DNA of 64,000 nt from Meiothermus sp. (GCA_033762915.1 JANRLD010000054.1:1-64000), one strand, 5' to 3'; shown: positions 49,778 through 60,345, counted from the stretch's first letter. The notes: a model not told the origin generated them from the sequence alone. Program-made: numbers and translations.

Positions 49778-51148
49778 ATGAGAAGAGCACTTTGGACGAT
49801 GGTGGCAGGGCTGGTGCTGGCGTCAGGGCTGGGGGTGGCCCAGCAGGCTCGAGGCGACGCCGACGCCGAGAAGTTTCGCGCCGACTTTCTGGCCGGCAGG
49901 CTGACCTGGAACGACGTGCTGGCCCAGGCGCGCAAGGAGGGTCAGGTCAACTGGTTCCACTGGGGCGGCTCCAACAGCCTTAACACCTGGATCGACCAGG
50001 TGGTGAAGCCGGAGATGGCCAAGGTCGGGGTGAACCTGCGCACCACCCGCATCACCGACACCAAGAACGCAGTGGATCTGGTGGTGGCCGACAACGCGGC
50101 GGGCAAGGGCTTGGGCCGGGGCACGGTGGACTTAATCTGGATCAACGGCGAGAACTTCTACACCCTCTCCACCCAGAATCTGCTGTTCGGCGGCTTCGCT
50201 GACAAGCTGCCCAACTCCAAGAACTTCTTCTTCGACCCCCGCGACCCCCGCTCGCGCCTCAACCTGACCGACTTCGGCCACCCCACCGGACTGGCCGAGA
50301 TCCCCTGGTCAGGCGACCAGTACATCTGCCACGTGGACACCGCCCGCCTGCGCGCCGCCGACGCGCCGCAGACCGTGGCCCAGCTCGAGGCGTGGCTGCG
50401 GCGCAGCCCGGGGCGCTTCACCTACGTCAAGCCGCCGCACTTCAACGGCAATACCTTCCTCAACCAGATCATGTACGCCACCAACCCAGACGGCCACGAG
50501 CCCTTCCAGAAGCGGGCCAACCAACTGGGGGTGGAGAACTTCATCAAGGCCACCAAGTCCGGCTACGAGTTCCTCAAGCGCATCGAGCCGTTCCTGCTGG
50601 GCGGCGGTGGGCGCGAGGGTGTGCGCGGCAACCCCATCTACCCGGTGGACCAGAACGCGCTCCAGACCCTGTTGGTCAACGGCCAGGTAGACATGGCCTG
50701 CCGCTTTGGCAAGTACCACGCCGCCGTGGAGATCCAGCAGGGCCGCCTGCCGCGCACGGTGCAAAACGTCATCTTCCCCCGGGAAGGCATGATTTCCAAC
50801 AAGAACTACGTGGTCATACCCTCCAACTCCCCCAGCCCCGCCGCCGCACTGGTGCTGGCCAATGTGCTGGCCAGCGTGGAGAACCAGGTCTCCAAGCTCC
50901 AGCAAATCGGCTACGTGATGGGGATTGACTCCGGCCGCCTCACCGCCGCCGAGCGCGAGATGGCTGCCAAGGCCGCCCCGCCGCTGCCCGGCCCGACGCT
51001 GGAGCAGCTCAACGACAACGCCGTGCCCGACACCAACGCCTCGCTGGTCACGGTGATCGAGGGGGTCTGGCTGGAGTACATCGAGCGCCAGTCCAACAAG
51101 CCCCTCGAGCAGATCATCCGCGAGGTCTGGGCCGCCCGCATCAAGTAA
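49778..51148 (+). CDS. ABC substrate-binding protein, YnjB-like
   Basis: Signal peptide; WGGS...N.WID, G.VDLIWINGENF, PGRFTY..PP.F.G..FL.Q. Confidence 0.82.
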   Translation: MRRALWTMVAGLVLASGLGVAQQARGDADAEKFRADFLAGRLTWNDVLAQARKEGQVNWFHWGGSNSLNTWIDQVVKPEMAKVGVNLRTTRITDTKNAVDLVVADNAAGKGLGRGTVDLIWINGENFYTLSTQNLLFGGFADKLPNSKNFFFDPRDPRSRLNLTDFGHPTGLAEIPWSGDQYICHVDTARLRAADAPQTVAQLEAWLRRSPGRFTYVKPPHFNGNTFLNQIMYATNPDGHEPFQKRANQLGVENFIKATKSGYEFLKRIEPFLLGGGGREGVRGNPIYPVDQNALQTLLVNGQVDMACRFGKYHAAVEIQQGRLPRTVQNVIFPREGMISNKNYVVIPSNSPSPAAALVLANVLASVENQVSKLQQIGYVMGIDSGRLTAAEREMAAKAAPPLPGPTLEQLNDNAVPDTNASLVTVIEGVWLEYIERQSNKPLEQIIREVWAARIK

Positions 51149-51162
51149 GCCGGTTCCGTCCC

Positions 51163-51198
51163 GCCCCGGCTCTCCCCCACTGACGGGAGGGCCGGGGC
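51163..51198 (+). other. Stem-loop after the substrate-binding gene (probable mRNA stabiliser or partial terminator)
   Basis: GCCCCGGCTCTCCC...GGGAGGGCCGGGGC with no U-tract. Confidence 0.6.
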
Positions 51199-51298
51199 AG
51201 GGGTGGTACTCACCCCACCGCCCCCTCGCCGGCCCGCTGGGCTCCACCGCAGCGCGGCCCGACTCGAGACCAGATTCGCAGTACCCAAACCACCCCCT

Positions 51299-52222
51299 AT
51301 GGCAGCCCCCGACCAAACCATCGCAAAACCCGCCGTGCCCCGCCGATCCTGGGCCGGCCGGCTGCGCATCCTGGCCATGCTGGCCCCGGCCTCGCTGGTG
51401 CTGGTCGTGCTCTACGTGGGCTCGCTGATCTACGCGGTCTTGCAGAGCTTCGGCTACGCCCCCATCTACCAAATCAACGAGTTCCCCACCACCCGCTACT
51501 ACCAGGAGATGTTCACCACCCCCGGCTTCTGGCGCTCGGTCTGGTACACCTTCTACTACGCGCTGGTGCCCACCGTGGTGGGGCTGATCCTGAGCATCTA
51601 CCTTGCCCTGACCCTTCGCAAGCGCTTCCCCGCCAAGGGCCTGTTCCAGTACGTCTACAAGCTGCCGCTGATGATCCCATACCTGGTTGGCATTTCGCTG
51701 ACCATCCTGCTCTTTTCAAACGGCGGCATCATCGCCCGCTCCCTGCATGCGGTGGGCCTGCTGGACAACCCCAGCCAGTTCCCCCGCCTCCTCTACGACC
51801 ACAGCGGCGTCGGGATCATGATCGTGTACATCTGGAAGCAGGTGCCCTTCATGACCCTGATCCTCTACTCGGTGCTGCTGGGCCTGGGGCCAGAGAGCGA
51901 GGAGGCCTCGGCCACGCTGGGGGCCAACCGCTGGCAGACCTTCTGGCACGTGACCCTGCCGCAGATCATGCCCGCCATCATCACCGGAACCGCCATCATC
52001 TTCGCCTTCAACTTCGGCTCTTTCGAGACCCCGTACATCCTCGGTGGGGGCTTTCCCAACACTCTGCCGGTGGAGGCCTGGCGGGCCTTCGACGACGCGG
52101 ACTACTCCAGACGTCTGTACGGCATGGCGGTGGTGACCTTCCTCTCGCTGGTGTCGGGGGTGCTCCTGTACCTCTACATCTATTGGTACCGCCGCTTCGA
52201 GCGGCAGCGGGGGCGCTCATGA
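51299..52222 (+). CDS. ABC transporter permease
   Basis: EEASATLGA..WQTFWHVTLP (EAA loop). Confidence 0.9.
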   Translation: MAAPDQTIAKPAVPRRSWAGRLRILAMLAPASLVLVVLYVGSLIYAVLQSFGYAPIYQINEFPTTRYYQEMFTTPGFWRSVWYTFYYALVPTVVGLILSIYLALTLRKRFPAKGLFQYVYKLPLMIPYLVGISLTILLFSNGGIIARSLHAVGLLDNPSQFPRLLYDHSGVGIMIVYIWKQVPFMTLILYSVLLGLGPESEEASATLGANRWQTFWHVTLPQIMPAIITGTAIIFAFNFGSFETPYILGGGFPNTLPVEAWRAFDDADYSRRLYGMAVVTFLSLVSGVLLYLYIYWYRRFERQRGRS

Positions 52223-53115
52223 GCCAGACGCCGTTAGCAAAGCCGGCCGAGTCCGGCAAGCCGCGCCGCCTGTTCAGCGCCGAGGGCCTCTCGCCCTTCC
52301 AGCGCTTCTACCTAATCTTCGTGGCGGTCGCGGTGCTCGGCCCCATCATCCCCACCTTGATTGCGTCCTTCGCGTTCCGCTGGGCCTGGCCCGACCTGCT
52401 GCCCACCGAGTGGTGGATCGACGCCCGCCAGACCGCCACCACCCCCCTGGGCTGGGACTATGTGTTCTCGCCCTTCTCGAGGCTCTACGAGGCCACCCTT
52501 AACACCCTGCTGATTGGCGGGCTGGTCACGCTGGTCTGTGTGGCGATCAGCCTCCCGGCGGCACGGGTGCTGGCCCGGGAGCGCTTCCGGGGCAAGAGCG
52601 GAGTTGAGTTCTTCCTGCTCACCCCGCTGATTGTGCCCGACGTGGCGGTGGGGCTGGGCATCCTGCTGATCTTCATCCAACTCGGGCTGGCAGGCAGCTA
52701 CACCGGCATCATCCTGGCGCACCTGATCCCCACCGTCCCCTATGCCATCCGGGTGCTAACCTCGGTCTTCCAGGGCCTCTCTACCGACTTCGAGGAGCAG
52801 GCCAGGGTGCTGGGGGCCGGCCCGCTCAAGACGCTGTGGTACGTGACCCTGCCGATGATCTTCCCCGGCATCGTGGCGGCGGGACTGTTCGTGTTCCTGG
52901 TCTCGACCAACATCTTCCTGCTGACCTTCTTCGTCGGGAGAGGGCAGGTCGAGACCCTGCCGACGCTGCTGTTCACCCGCATCAGCTCGGGCGGGGTGCT
53001 GGACCCCATCTCGGCGGGCATCACCCTGATCACCATGATCCCCGGCATCGTGCTGCTGCTGATCACCGAGCGGTTCATCCGCGACGAGGTGTTCGCCAAA
53101 GGGTTCGGTGGTTGA
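52219..53115 (+). CDS. ABC transporter permease
   Basis: EEQARVLGA..LKT.WYVTLP (EAA loop). Confidence 0.9.
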   Translation: MSQTPLAKPAESGKPRRLFSAEGLSPFQRFYLIFVAVAVLGPIIPTLIASFAFRWAWPDLLPTEWWIDARQTATTPLGWDYVFSPFSRLYEATLNTLLIGGLVTLVCVAISLPAARVLARERFRGKSGVEFFLLTPLIVPDVAVGLGILLIFIQLGLAGSYTGIILAHLIPTVPYAIRVLTSVFQGLSTDFEEQARVLGAGPLKTLWYVTLPMIFPGIVAAGLFVFLVSTNIFLLTFFVGRGQVETLPTLLFTRISSGGVLDPISAGITLITMIPGIVLLLITERFIRDEVFAKGFGG

Positions 53116-54207
53116 GTGGGTGCTAGCGGCCTATATGAGCGAGTTCACGGCGGCCTGCTGGGCATGGCGGTGGGCGACGCGCTGGGCGGCCCCGTCGAGG
53201 GGTTGAGCTTTGAGCAGATTCGAGCGCAGCACGGGCGGGTGGACCGGATGCTGCCCTACCAGAAGCCGCCGAGCGAGCACGCACAGTTCGCCAACGACCC
53301 CGGCAGCTACACCGACGACACCCGGCTTGCCCTGATCTACTGCGAGGCAATCCTTCGGGCCGAGGGCAGCCCCGCGCGGGGCGACCTGGCCAGGGTCTTG
53401 TCGGACTACCACCACACCCACACACTCGAACTCGAGCGCTCGTTTATCGAGGAGTACTACCTGAAGGGGCTCTACGGCGGGCGCAAACTGATCTACGGCG
53501 GCCAAGCGACCAACGGGGCGCTGATGGCGATCGCGCCAGTCGGGCTGCTCCACCCCGCCGACCCCAAGTCGGCCTTCGCGCTGGCCTATGAGCTGTCCTT
53601 CGTCACCGACGGCTACGCCAAGGAGTCGGCGGCAATGGCAGCAGCCGCGGTGGCCGAGGCGATGCGGCCGGGGGCGGACGCCGAGCAGGTGGTGCAGGTC
53701 AGCCTCGAGACCGCCGCCTGGTTCCGCCGCGAGGGCCTGCTTTGGCCCAAGACGGTGCGCGAGCGCGAGTGGGCGCGGTTCGAGGGGCGGCCCAACGAGG
53801 TGCTGATCGGGATTGCGCTCGAGGCCGCCCGGGCGACCGAGGACGTGTTCGCCCTGCCCGAGCTGCTTTACCCCCGACTGCTGGTCAGCCCGGTGGGCTC
53901 CGAGGCGGGCCAGACCCTGGCGGTGGCCTTCGCCATGTTGATCGCCTCGAGGGGTGACTTCCGCCTCGCCGTGCAGGGGGCGGTTAACTACGGGCGCGAC
54001 TGCGACTCCTACGCCGCCGTGGCTGGGGCCGTCGCGGGCGCCATGCACGGAGCCCAGGCCATCCCGGGCGAGTGGGGCGGGGCGGTGCTCGAGGCCAACC
54101 CGACCCCCGACCTGCGCCAGGTGTCTGCCGACCTCTGCGCGGTGGTCGTGCGGCAGCACCTCGAACGCCAGGCAACGGTCCACGCCGTCCAACAGCTTCT
54201 GCCCTGA
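53116..54207 (+). CDS. ADP-ribosylglycohydrolase family protein
   Basis: G.AVGDALG.P.E, YTDDT, NGA.M...P.G, G.DCDS.AA.AGA.AGA. Confidence 0.9.
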   Translation: MGASGLYERVHGGLLGMAVGDALGGPVEGLSFEQIRAQHGRVDRMLPYQKPPSEHAQFANDPGSYTDDTRLALIYCEAILRAEGSPARGDLARVLSDYHHTHTLELERSFIEEYYLKGLYGGRKLIYGGQATNGALMAIAPVGLLHPADPKSAFALAYELSFVTDGYAKESAAMAAAAVAEAMRPGADAEQVVQVSLETAAWFRREGLLWPKTVREREWARFEGRPNEVLIGIALEAARATEDVFALPELLYPRLLVSPVGSEAGQTLAVAFAMLIASRGDFRLAVQGAVNYGRDCDSYAAVAGAVAGAMHGAQAIPGEWGGAVLEANPTPDLRQVSADLCAVVVRQHLERQATVHAVQQLLP

Positions 54208-54218
54208 GGAGACCCCCC

Positions 54219-55355
54219 ATGCCCAACTCCCGCAACGACCCCGCCTACGCCGCCGCCCTCGCCCGCTTCCCCAAGCTCTCGCCCGAACTCTTGGAGCAGC
54301 GCCTCGCGCTCCCAGAGGGGCGGGTGCGGGTGGTGTTGGACACCGACGCCAAGAACGAGATCGACGACCAGCCCACCATCGCCTGGGCGCTGCTCTCGCA
54401 GGATGTGCTCGAGATCGAGGGCATGTACGCGGTGCCCTTCTCCTTCGGGCTGTGGCAGGAGAGCTTCGAGCGGGCCGGCGAGATCAAGCGCAGCCTCTCG
54501 CAGCCCAAGGGGGCCGACGCGGCGCTGGTCAACACCTTCGCGGGCTGGCTCGAGAAGCAGGAGAAGGAAGGCCCCGACGCGCTCGACCCGCTCTTTAATC
54601 CACCTGGGGTGGGGATGGAGCGCAGCTACCAGGAGATCGTGACCATCTACCAAAAGATGGGCTTCAACCCCGAGGGCCAGGTCTTCCGGGGATCAGAGCG
54701 CTTCCTCCCCTCTATATCCGAACCCGTGGACAGCCCGGCGGCCCGCCACCTGATCGAGCGGGCGATGGCCCCTTCCGACCGGCCGCTCTACGTGCTGGCG
54801 ATTGGGGCGCTGACCAACGTGGCCTCGGCGCTGCTGATGGAGCCGCGCATCGCTGAGCGAATCGTGGTGGTGTGGACGGCCAGCTACCCCTCGGTCTCCA
54901 AGCGCACCACCCACTCGCTCAACCTCGAGCAGGACATGATCGCCTCGCAGCTCTTGTTCGACTGCGGGGTACCGCTGGTCTACCTGCCGGGCTACCAGGT
55001 GGGCGCACAGCTCAAGATTTCCCAGCCCGAAATGGAGCTGTGGGTCAAGGGCCGGGGCGAGATCGGCGACTACCTCTACGAGCTCTACATGAACAACCCC
55101 CTGCACGGCCACCGCACCCACGCCGACTTTTTCGGGCGCACCTGGATCATGTGGGACCTCATCACCGTGGCCTGGCTGATCGACCACCAGTGGGTACCCT
55201 CCGACCTGATGCCCTCGCCCATCCTCACCGACGACCGCTACTACCAAGACGCCGGGCCGGGCCGCCACCTAATGCGCGAGGCCTACGCCATAAACCGCGA
55301 CGCCATCTTCCGCGACCTCTTGGGTAAGCTGGACGCAGCGGCGAGGGGGGACTGA
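54219..55355 (+). CDS. Nucleoside hydrolase family protein
   Basis: VVLDTDAKNEIDDQ, LYVLAIGALTNVASAL, NL.QD, WD motifs. Confidence 0.85.
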   Translation: MPNSRNDPAYAAALARFPKLSPELLEQRLALPEGRVRVVLDTDAKNEIDDQPTIAWALLSQDVLEIEGMYAVPFSFGLWQESFERAGEIKRSLSQPKGADAALVNTFAGWLEKQEKEGPDALDPLFNPPGVGMERSYQEIVTIYQKMGFNPEGQVFRGSERFLPSISEPVDSPAARHLIERAMAPSDRPLYVLAIGALTNVASALLMEPRIAERIVVVWTASYPSVSKRTTHSLNLEQDMIASQLLFDCGVPLVYLPGYQVGAQLKISQPEMELWVKGRGEIGDYLYELYMNNPLHGHRTHADFFGRTWIMWDLITVAWLIDHQWVPSDLMPSPILTDDRYYQDAGPGRHLMREAYAINRDAIFRDLLGKLDAAARGD

Positions 55356-55359
55356 GGCC

Positions 55360-56166
55360 GTGAAGGGCAGGCTGCTGGCAGACGACGGGAGGGCCGTGGT
55401 CGTGGCCCTCGACCACGCGCTGGCCTCGGGCCAGGTGCCGCCGCTGGATCACCCCAAACCACTGCTCGATAGCCTTCTCGAGGCCCGGCCCGACGGCCTG
55501 ATCCTCACCCACGGGATGACCAAGCTGGTCTCGCCGGGCGCGGTGGGCCAGCGATGGCTGACGGCGGACTACTACGCCACCTCGACGCTGCCGGGCGCGG
55601 GCGGTGAACATGAGATCCAGGACCAAATCTGGAGCGCGGCCACAGCCAGGGCCCTGGGCGCGACCGGGCTTAAGGTGCTACTGGTCTTCGGGCGGCACAG
55701 CCCGGAGGTCTTTCTTCGCAACGTCCGCTACGTCAGCTCGCTGATCGACGAGGCCCGCTAACTGGGCCTGGCGGTGATGGTCGAGCCGGTCCTGTGGGGC
55801 GGCGGGATCCCGCCCGAGCGGCACCACGACCCCGAGCTGGTCGCCCACGCCGCCCGCGTGGCCTTTGAACTGGGGGCGGACGTGATCAAGGTCCCCATCC
55901 CGAGCGACCCCAGAGCGCTCGAGGGCCTCAGCCGTAAGCTCCCGGTTCCCATCTTGCTGATGGGCGGCCCGGCCACCGACCCTGCGCACCTATTCCGGCT
56001 GATCGAGGGCTCGATGGGAGCGGGGGCGGCGGGCGTGGCGCTGGGCCGCAACGTCTGGCAGCACCCCGAGCCCGCCGCGATGGTGGCGGCGCTCAACCGG
56101 CTGGTACACCACGGCGCGACGGCCGGCGAGGCCTTGGACGTGCTGAAACGAGGAGGTCAGGCGTGA
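55360..56166 (+). pseudogene. Class I aldolase (DhnA/LsrF-like) with an in-frame TAA at 55759-55761
   Basis: VVALDH, ELGADVIK and GVALGRNVWQ are all in one frame, split by a single stop (DEAR*LGL). Confidence 0.85.
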
Positions 56167-57116
56167 CGCAAGAACTGCTGTTACAGCTCTACCGCACCAT
56201 GTACACCATCCGCACCTTCGACCTGCGGATCAAAGACTTGGCCGAGCGGGACGTCCTGCCCGGCTACTCCCACACCTACCTGGGCTCCGAGGCCATCGCC
56301 AGCGGGGTGATGGCGGCCCTCGAGCCCTCCGACTGGATCGCCTCCACCTACCGCAACCACGGCCACGCCATCGCCAAGGGGGTCTCGATCGAGGCCATGG
56401 CCGCCGAGGTCTACGGGCGCCGGACCGGGGTCTGCAAGGGCAAGGGCGGAGGGATGCACCTCTCCGACTTCGACAAGGGGATGCTGGGGGCTTTCGGGAT
56501 TGTCGCTGCGGGCATCCCGGTGGCGGTGGGGGCCGCCCTGACCGCGAGGATGAGGGGGCTGCCCTGGGTGGCGGTGCCCTTCTTCGGTGACGGCGCGGTG
56601 CACCAGGGCGTCTTCCACGAGGGCGCCGGCCTGGCCAAGCTATGGAACCTCCCGGTGGTGCTGGTCTGCGAGAACAACCAGTACGCCGAGGCCACCTCGA
56701 TCGACTACCACCTCAACACCAAAACCATAGCCGACATGGCCTGCGCCTACAACATGCCGGCCCGCCGCGCCGACGGCATGGACGTGGTGACCGTCTACGA
56801 GACCGCCCGGGAAGCAGTGGCCCACGCCCGCGCCAACGGCCCGATCCTGCTCGAGTTCCTCTCCTACCGCTTCTCTGGGCAGTACGAGGGCGACAAGCAG
56901 ACCTACCAGCCGGCGGCCGAGATGGCGGCGGCGCGGGAGCGCGACCCCATCAAGGTTTTTCGCGACCAAGCCGCCGAGCGCGGCCTGAGTGCCGGGCAGG
57001 TCGCGGCAGTCGAGGCCGAGGTCGAGCAGGCCGTCGAGCAGGCCTTCGCCGCCGCCGAGCAGGCCCCCTGGCCCGCGCCGGAAGAGGCCCTCGAGGACGT
57101 CTACGTCAGCTACTGA
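56163..57116 (+). CDS. TPP-dependent dehydrogenase E1 alpha subunit (AcoA-like)
   Basis: R.HGH.IAKG, GKGGGMH, TPP motif GDGA...ENNQY. Confidence 0.92.
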   Translation: MTQELLLQLYRTMYTIRTFDLRIKDLAERDVLPGYSHTYLGSEAIASGVMAALEPSDWIASTYRNHGHAIAKGVSIEAMAAEVYGRRTGVCKGKGGGMHLSDFDKGMLGAFGIVAAGIPVAVGAALTARMRGLPWVAVPFFGDGAVHQGVFHEGAGLAKLWNLPVVLVCENNQYAEATSIDYHLNTKTIADMACAYNMPARRADGMDVVTVYETAREAVAHARANGPILLEFLSYRFSGQYEGDKQTYQPAAEMAAARERDPIKVFRDQAAERGLSAGQVAAVEAEVEQAVEQAFAAAEQAPWPAPEEALEDVYVSY

Positions 57117-57123
57117 GGTTGCC

Positions 57124-58140
57124 ATGCGAGAACTCACCGTTAAGGACGCGATCAACGAGGGGCTGCGGCAGGCCATGGAGGCCGACGACCGCGTGTTCAT
57201 GATGGGCGAGGACATCGCCGGCGGGGCAGGCCGCGACGAGCAGGGCGGCCTCGACGCCTGGGGGGGGCCCTTCGGGGTGACCCAGGGCCTGGCCACCCGC
57301 TTCGGGCGCGAGCGGGTGCGCGACACCACCATCGCCGAGGCCGGCTTCTTCGGGGCCGCGGTGGGGGCCGCCATGACCGGCATGCGCCCCATCGTCGAGC
57401 TGATGTACGTGGACTTCGTGGGAGTCTGTTACGACCAGCTTATCAATCAGGCCGCCAAGATGCGCTACATGTTCGGCGGCAAGCAGCGGGTGCCAATGGT
57501 GGTGCGTACCGTAGTGGGGGCGGGCTTCCGCGCCGGAGCCGAGCACTCCCAGGCCCTCTACCCGCTTTACACCCACATCCCCGGCCTCAAGACGGTGGCC
57601 CCCACCACCCCAGCCGACCACAAGGCCCTACTGCTGGCCGCCATCCAGGACGACGACCCGGTAATCTTCTTCGAGCACAAGCGCCTGTACATGACCAAGG
57701 GGCCAGTGCCCGAAGAGGCGACCCCCCTCCCGCTGGGCAAGGCCGCCGTGGTGCGGACTGGCCGGCATGTGACGGTGGTGGCGGTGCAGCGCATGGTCAA
57801 CTTCTCCCTCGAGGCCGCCGCGGCCCTCGAGGCCGAGGGCATCGAGGCCGAGGTGATCGACCCCCGCACCTACTCCCCCCTCGACGAGGAGACCATCCTG
57901 GCCTCGGTGGCCAAGACCGGGCACCTGGTGATCGTCGACGAGTCTTACCCGCGCTGTGGCCTGGCCGCCGACATCTCCTCCATCGTGGCCGAGAAGGGCT
58001 TCGACTACCTCAAGGGCCCTGTCCGCAAGGTCACCCCACCGCACACCTCGGTGCCCTTCAGCCCGCCGATGGAGGACTTCTACCTGCCCTCCCCACAGAA
58101 GATCGCCGATGCGGTGCGGGGCCTACTGGGTGCCCGGTGA
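57124..58140 (+). CDS. TPP-dependent dehydrogenase E1 beta subunit (AcoB-like)
   Basis: MGEDI, RVRDT.I.E, NQAAK..YMFGG, HSQ, DDPVIFFEHK. Confidence 0.93.
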   Translation: MRELTVKDAINEGLRQAMEADDRVFMMGEDIAGGAGRDEQGGLDAWGGPFGVTQGLATRFGRERVRDTTIAEAGFFGAAVGAAMTGMRPIVELMYVDFVGVCYDQLINQAAKMRYMFGGKQRVPMVVRTVVGAGFRAGAEHSQALYPLYTHIPGLKTVAPTTPADHKALLLAAIQDDDPVIFFEHKRLYMTKGPVPEEATPLPLGKAAVVRTGRHVTVVAVQRMVNFSLEAAAALEAEGIEAEVIDPRTYSPLDEETILASVAKTGHLVIVDESYPRCGLAADISSIVAEKGFDYLKGPVRKVTPPHTSVPFSPPMEDFYLPSPQKIADAVRGLLGAR

Positions 58141-58883
58141 AGCTGGACGCCGCCATGCTGATGCGGGCGCTGGGCCTCGCCCAGAGTGAGGTCCCGGCGG
58201 CGGTGATCCTCGAGGGCTCCTGGTGGCAGCAGCAGCGCAACCGGCTGCGGCTGGGACGCCTCGAGCGGGTGCGCGAGCTGCCCTTCCCCGAGATGCACCT
58301 GGGCTACTTTCAGGACAGGCCCGTGCTCTACTCGTGCGCCTACGGCGCACCCAGAGCCGTCGAACCGGTGCACATCTTCGGCAGCTTGGGCACGTCCCTG
58401 GCCATCCAGATCGGCTCTTGCGGCGCCATCGGGCGCGGCGTTAATACCGGCGATGTTGTGCTGCCCACCGAGGTAAGAATCGGCGAGGGGGCCTCGCAGT
58501 ATTACGCCGAGGGCGATTGGGCGCGGCCCGACCCGACCTGGGTGGAACGGGCCGACCAGGGGCTGAGGGCTCGAGGCCTCCCCACCCACCGGGGCAGGTT
58601 CATCACCACCTCGGCACTGTTCGCCCAACCGCCGGAGCGTGTGGCGGGCTGGGAGCGCGAGGGCTACCTGGGAGTGGACATGGAGACCTCGGCGGTGTTC
58701 ACGGTCGCGGGGGTGATGGGGATGGGGGCGGTTTCGATGGTGTTCGCCTGGGATGAGCTGTACCTGGGGCGCACCTTCCTCGACGAATTCTCGGCAGACG
58801 AAAAGAACCGACAGGAGCAGGCCAACCTGGCCATTTTCGAGGTGGCCCTCGAGCTGGCCCTGCAAGCGGAGGTACGGGCATGA
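58137..58883 (+). CDS. Nucleoside phosphorylase family (PNP/UDP) protein
   Basis: YGAP, IGSCGAI, GEG.SQYY, GVDMETSA. Confidence 0.85.
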   Translation: MKLDAAMLMRALGLAQSEVPAAVILEGSWWQQQRNRLRLGRLERVRELPFPEMHLGYFQDRPVLYSCAYGAPRAVEPVHIFGSLGTSLAIQIGSCGAIGRGVNTGDVVLPTEVRIGEGASQYYAEGDWARPDPTWVERADQGLRARGLPTHRGRFITTSALFAQPPERVAGWEREGYLGVDMETSAVFTVAGVMGMGAVSMVFAWDELYLGRTFLDEFSADEKNRQEQANLAIFEVALELALQAEVRA

Positions 58884-59722
58884 AACTGGGCGTTCACCTC
58901 GGCTACTTTATGGACTCGTGGGGCGACGACCCCCTGCCCCTGATCCCCCGGGCCAAAAGGGCTGGCTGCGAGGTGGTGGAGATCTCGCTCTACAGCCGGC
59001 TCCCCGACCGTCTCGAGACCCTGCGCCGGGTCGCCGACGCGGAGGGCGTCGAACTGACCTTCACCACCGGCCTGCAGCCCCAGAAGGACATCTCGAGCGC
59101 CGACCCTGCCGTTTTCCGGGCGGGCCTGGACTACCTGCAGGAGTGCCTCGAGAGGGTCGCCGAGGCGGGCGGCTCGGTACTGAGCGGGGTGGTCTTCGCG
59201 CCGTGGGGGGTCCGGACCGGCGAGGACCTGGAGGGGCGGCTGGCCCGGGCCACCGAGGGCCTGGCGCAAGCGGCCCGTCACGCCGAGCGCCTGGGGGTGG
59301 ACCTGGGCATCGAGCCGATCAACCGCTACGAGACCGACCTGGTGACCACGGTGGGTACGGCCATGCAGATGGTGCGCTCGATTGGGTCACCACGGGTGGG
59401 CGTCCTCTTCGATGTGTTTCACGTGCAGCTCGAGGAGGACAGCATCGCGGGCGCAGCGGCCGAGGCTGGCCCCGCCCTCAAGCACGTCCACCTCGCCGAC
59501 AACCACCGGGGTCTGCCGGGAAGCGGCAGCCTGGACTGGGGCGGGCTGCTGAGCGCCCTCGAGTCCACCCGCTATCCGGGCCGAGCCGTCATCGAGGCCT
59601 TCACCCGCACCGGAACCGCGGTGGCCCGGGACACGGGTACATGGGTGCCACGCGGGCGCACCGGCGACCTGGATGCCGACCTCCGCGACTCGCTGCAGTT
59701 TTTGAGGGGACTCGGATGGTGA
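58880..59722 (+). CDS. D-tagatose/D-psicose 3-epimerase-like protein
   Basis: EP.NRYE, D.FH...EE, HVH....HRG.PG.G..DW, IE.F. Confidence 0.85.
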   Translation: MKLGVHLGYFMDSWGDDPLPLIPRAKRAGCEVVEISLYSRLPDRLETLRRVADAEGVELTFTTGLQPQKDISSADPAVFRAGLDYLQECLERVAEAGGSVLSGVVFAPWGVRTGEDLEGRLARATEGLAQAARHAERLGVDLGIEPINRYETDLVTTVGTAMQMVRSIGSPRVGVLFDVFHVQLEEDSIAGAAAEAGPALKHVHLADNHRGLPGSGSLDWGGLLSALESTRYPGRAVIEAFTRTGTAVARDTGTWVPRGRTGDLDADLRDSLQFLRGLGW

Positions 59723-60345
59723 GGCTCGAGACCGCCGCCCTACGGGCCTGGATTCTGGCCCTACCCGGGGTCTTCTCGGCCAACCTCGAGCGCCTCAACG
59801 CCCTCGACGCCCGGGCCGGCGACGGCGACCACGGCACCACCATCCTTCGGGGCTTGAAGGCGGCAGCCGAGGCCGTGAGCGGGGTGCCGGCCAACGATGC
59901 CAAGGCCGTCCTGTCGGCGGCGGGCTCGGCCCTGAGGCGCAGCGCCGGGGGAGCCTCCGGACCGCTGTTTTCCTGCCTCTTCCTCGAGCTGGCCAAGACT
60001 GCGGGCGAGGACGGGCTCGAGCTGGCAGGCTTCGCTTCTGGCCTGGCCAACACTGCCGCAGCCGTCTCGCGTCTGGGCAAAGCCCAACCCGGAGACCGCA
60101 CCATGTTGGACGCCATCGCGCCCGCCCTCGAGGCCGCTCAGTCCCATTCCGACCTATCCGGAGCCCTCGGGGCCGCCGCAGCGAGCGCGCTGAAGGGGGT
60201 TGAGGCCACCGCGTCGATGACGGCCCGCAAGGGGCGGGCGCAGTTCGTCAACGCGGGCCAGGTGGGCAGCCCCGACGCCGGCGCGGCCTCGGTCGCGCTG
60301 ATGCTGCAAGCCCTGCGGGAGGTGGCCCTTGAAGAAGCTCATTAA
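59716..60345 (+). CDS. dhaL: Dihydroxyacetone-kinase-like L subunit
   Basis: LD...GDGDHG, GGASGPL, G.A.PGD.TMLDA, A.KGRA, D.GA.S. Confidence 0.85.
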   Translation: MVRLETAALRAWILALPGVFSANLERLNALDARAGDGDHGTTILRGLKAAAEAVSGVPANDAKAVLSAAGSALRRSAGGASGPLFSCLFLELAKTAGEDGLELAGFASGLANTAAAVSRLGKAQPGDRTMLDAIAPALEAAQSHSDLSGALGAAAASALKGVEATASMTARKGRAQFVNAGQVGSPDAGAASVALMLQALREVALEEAH

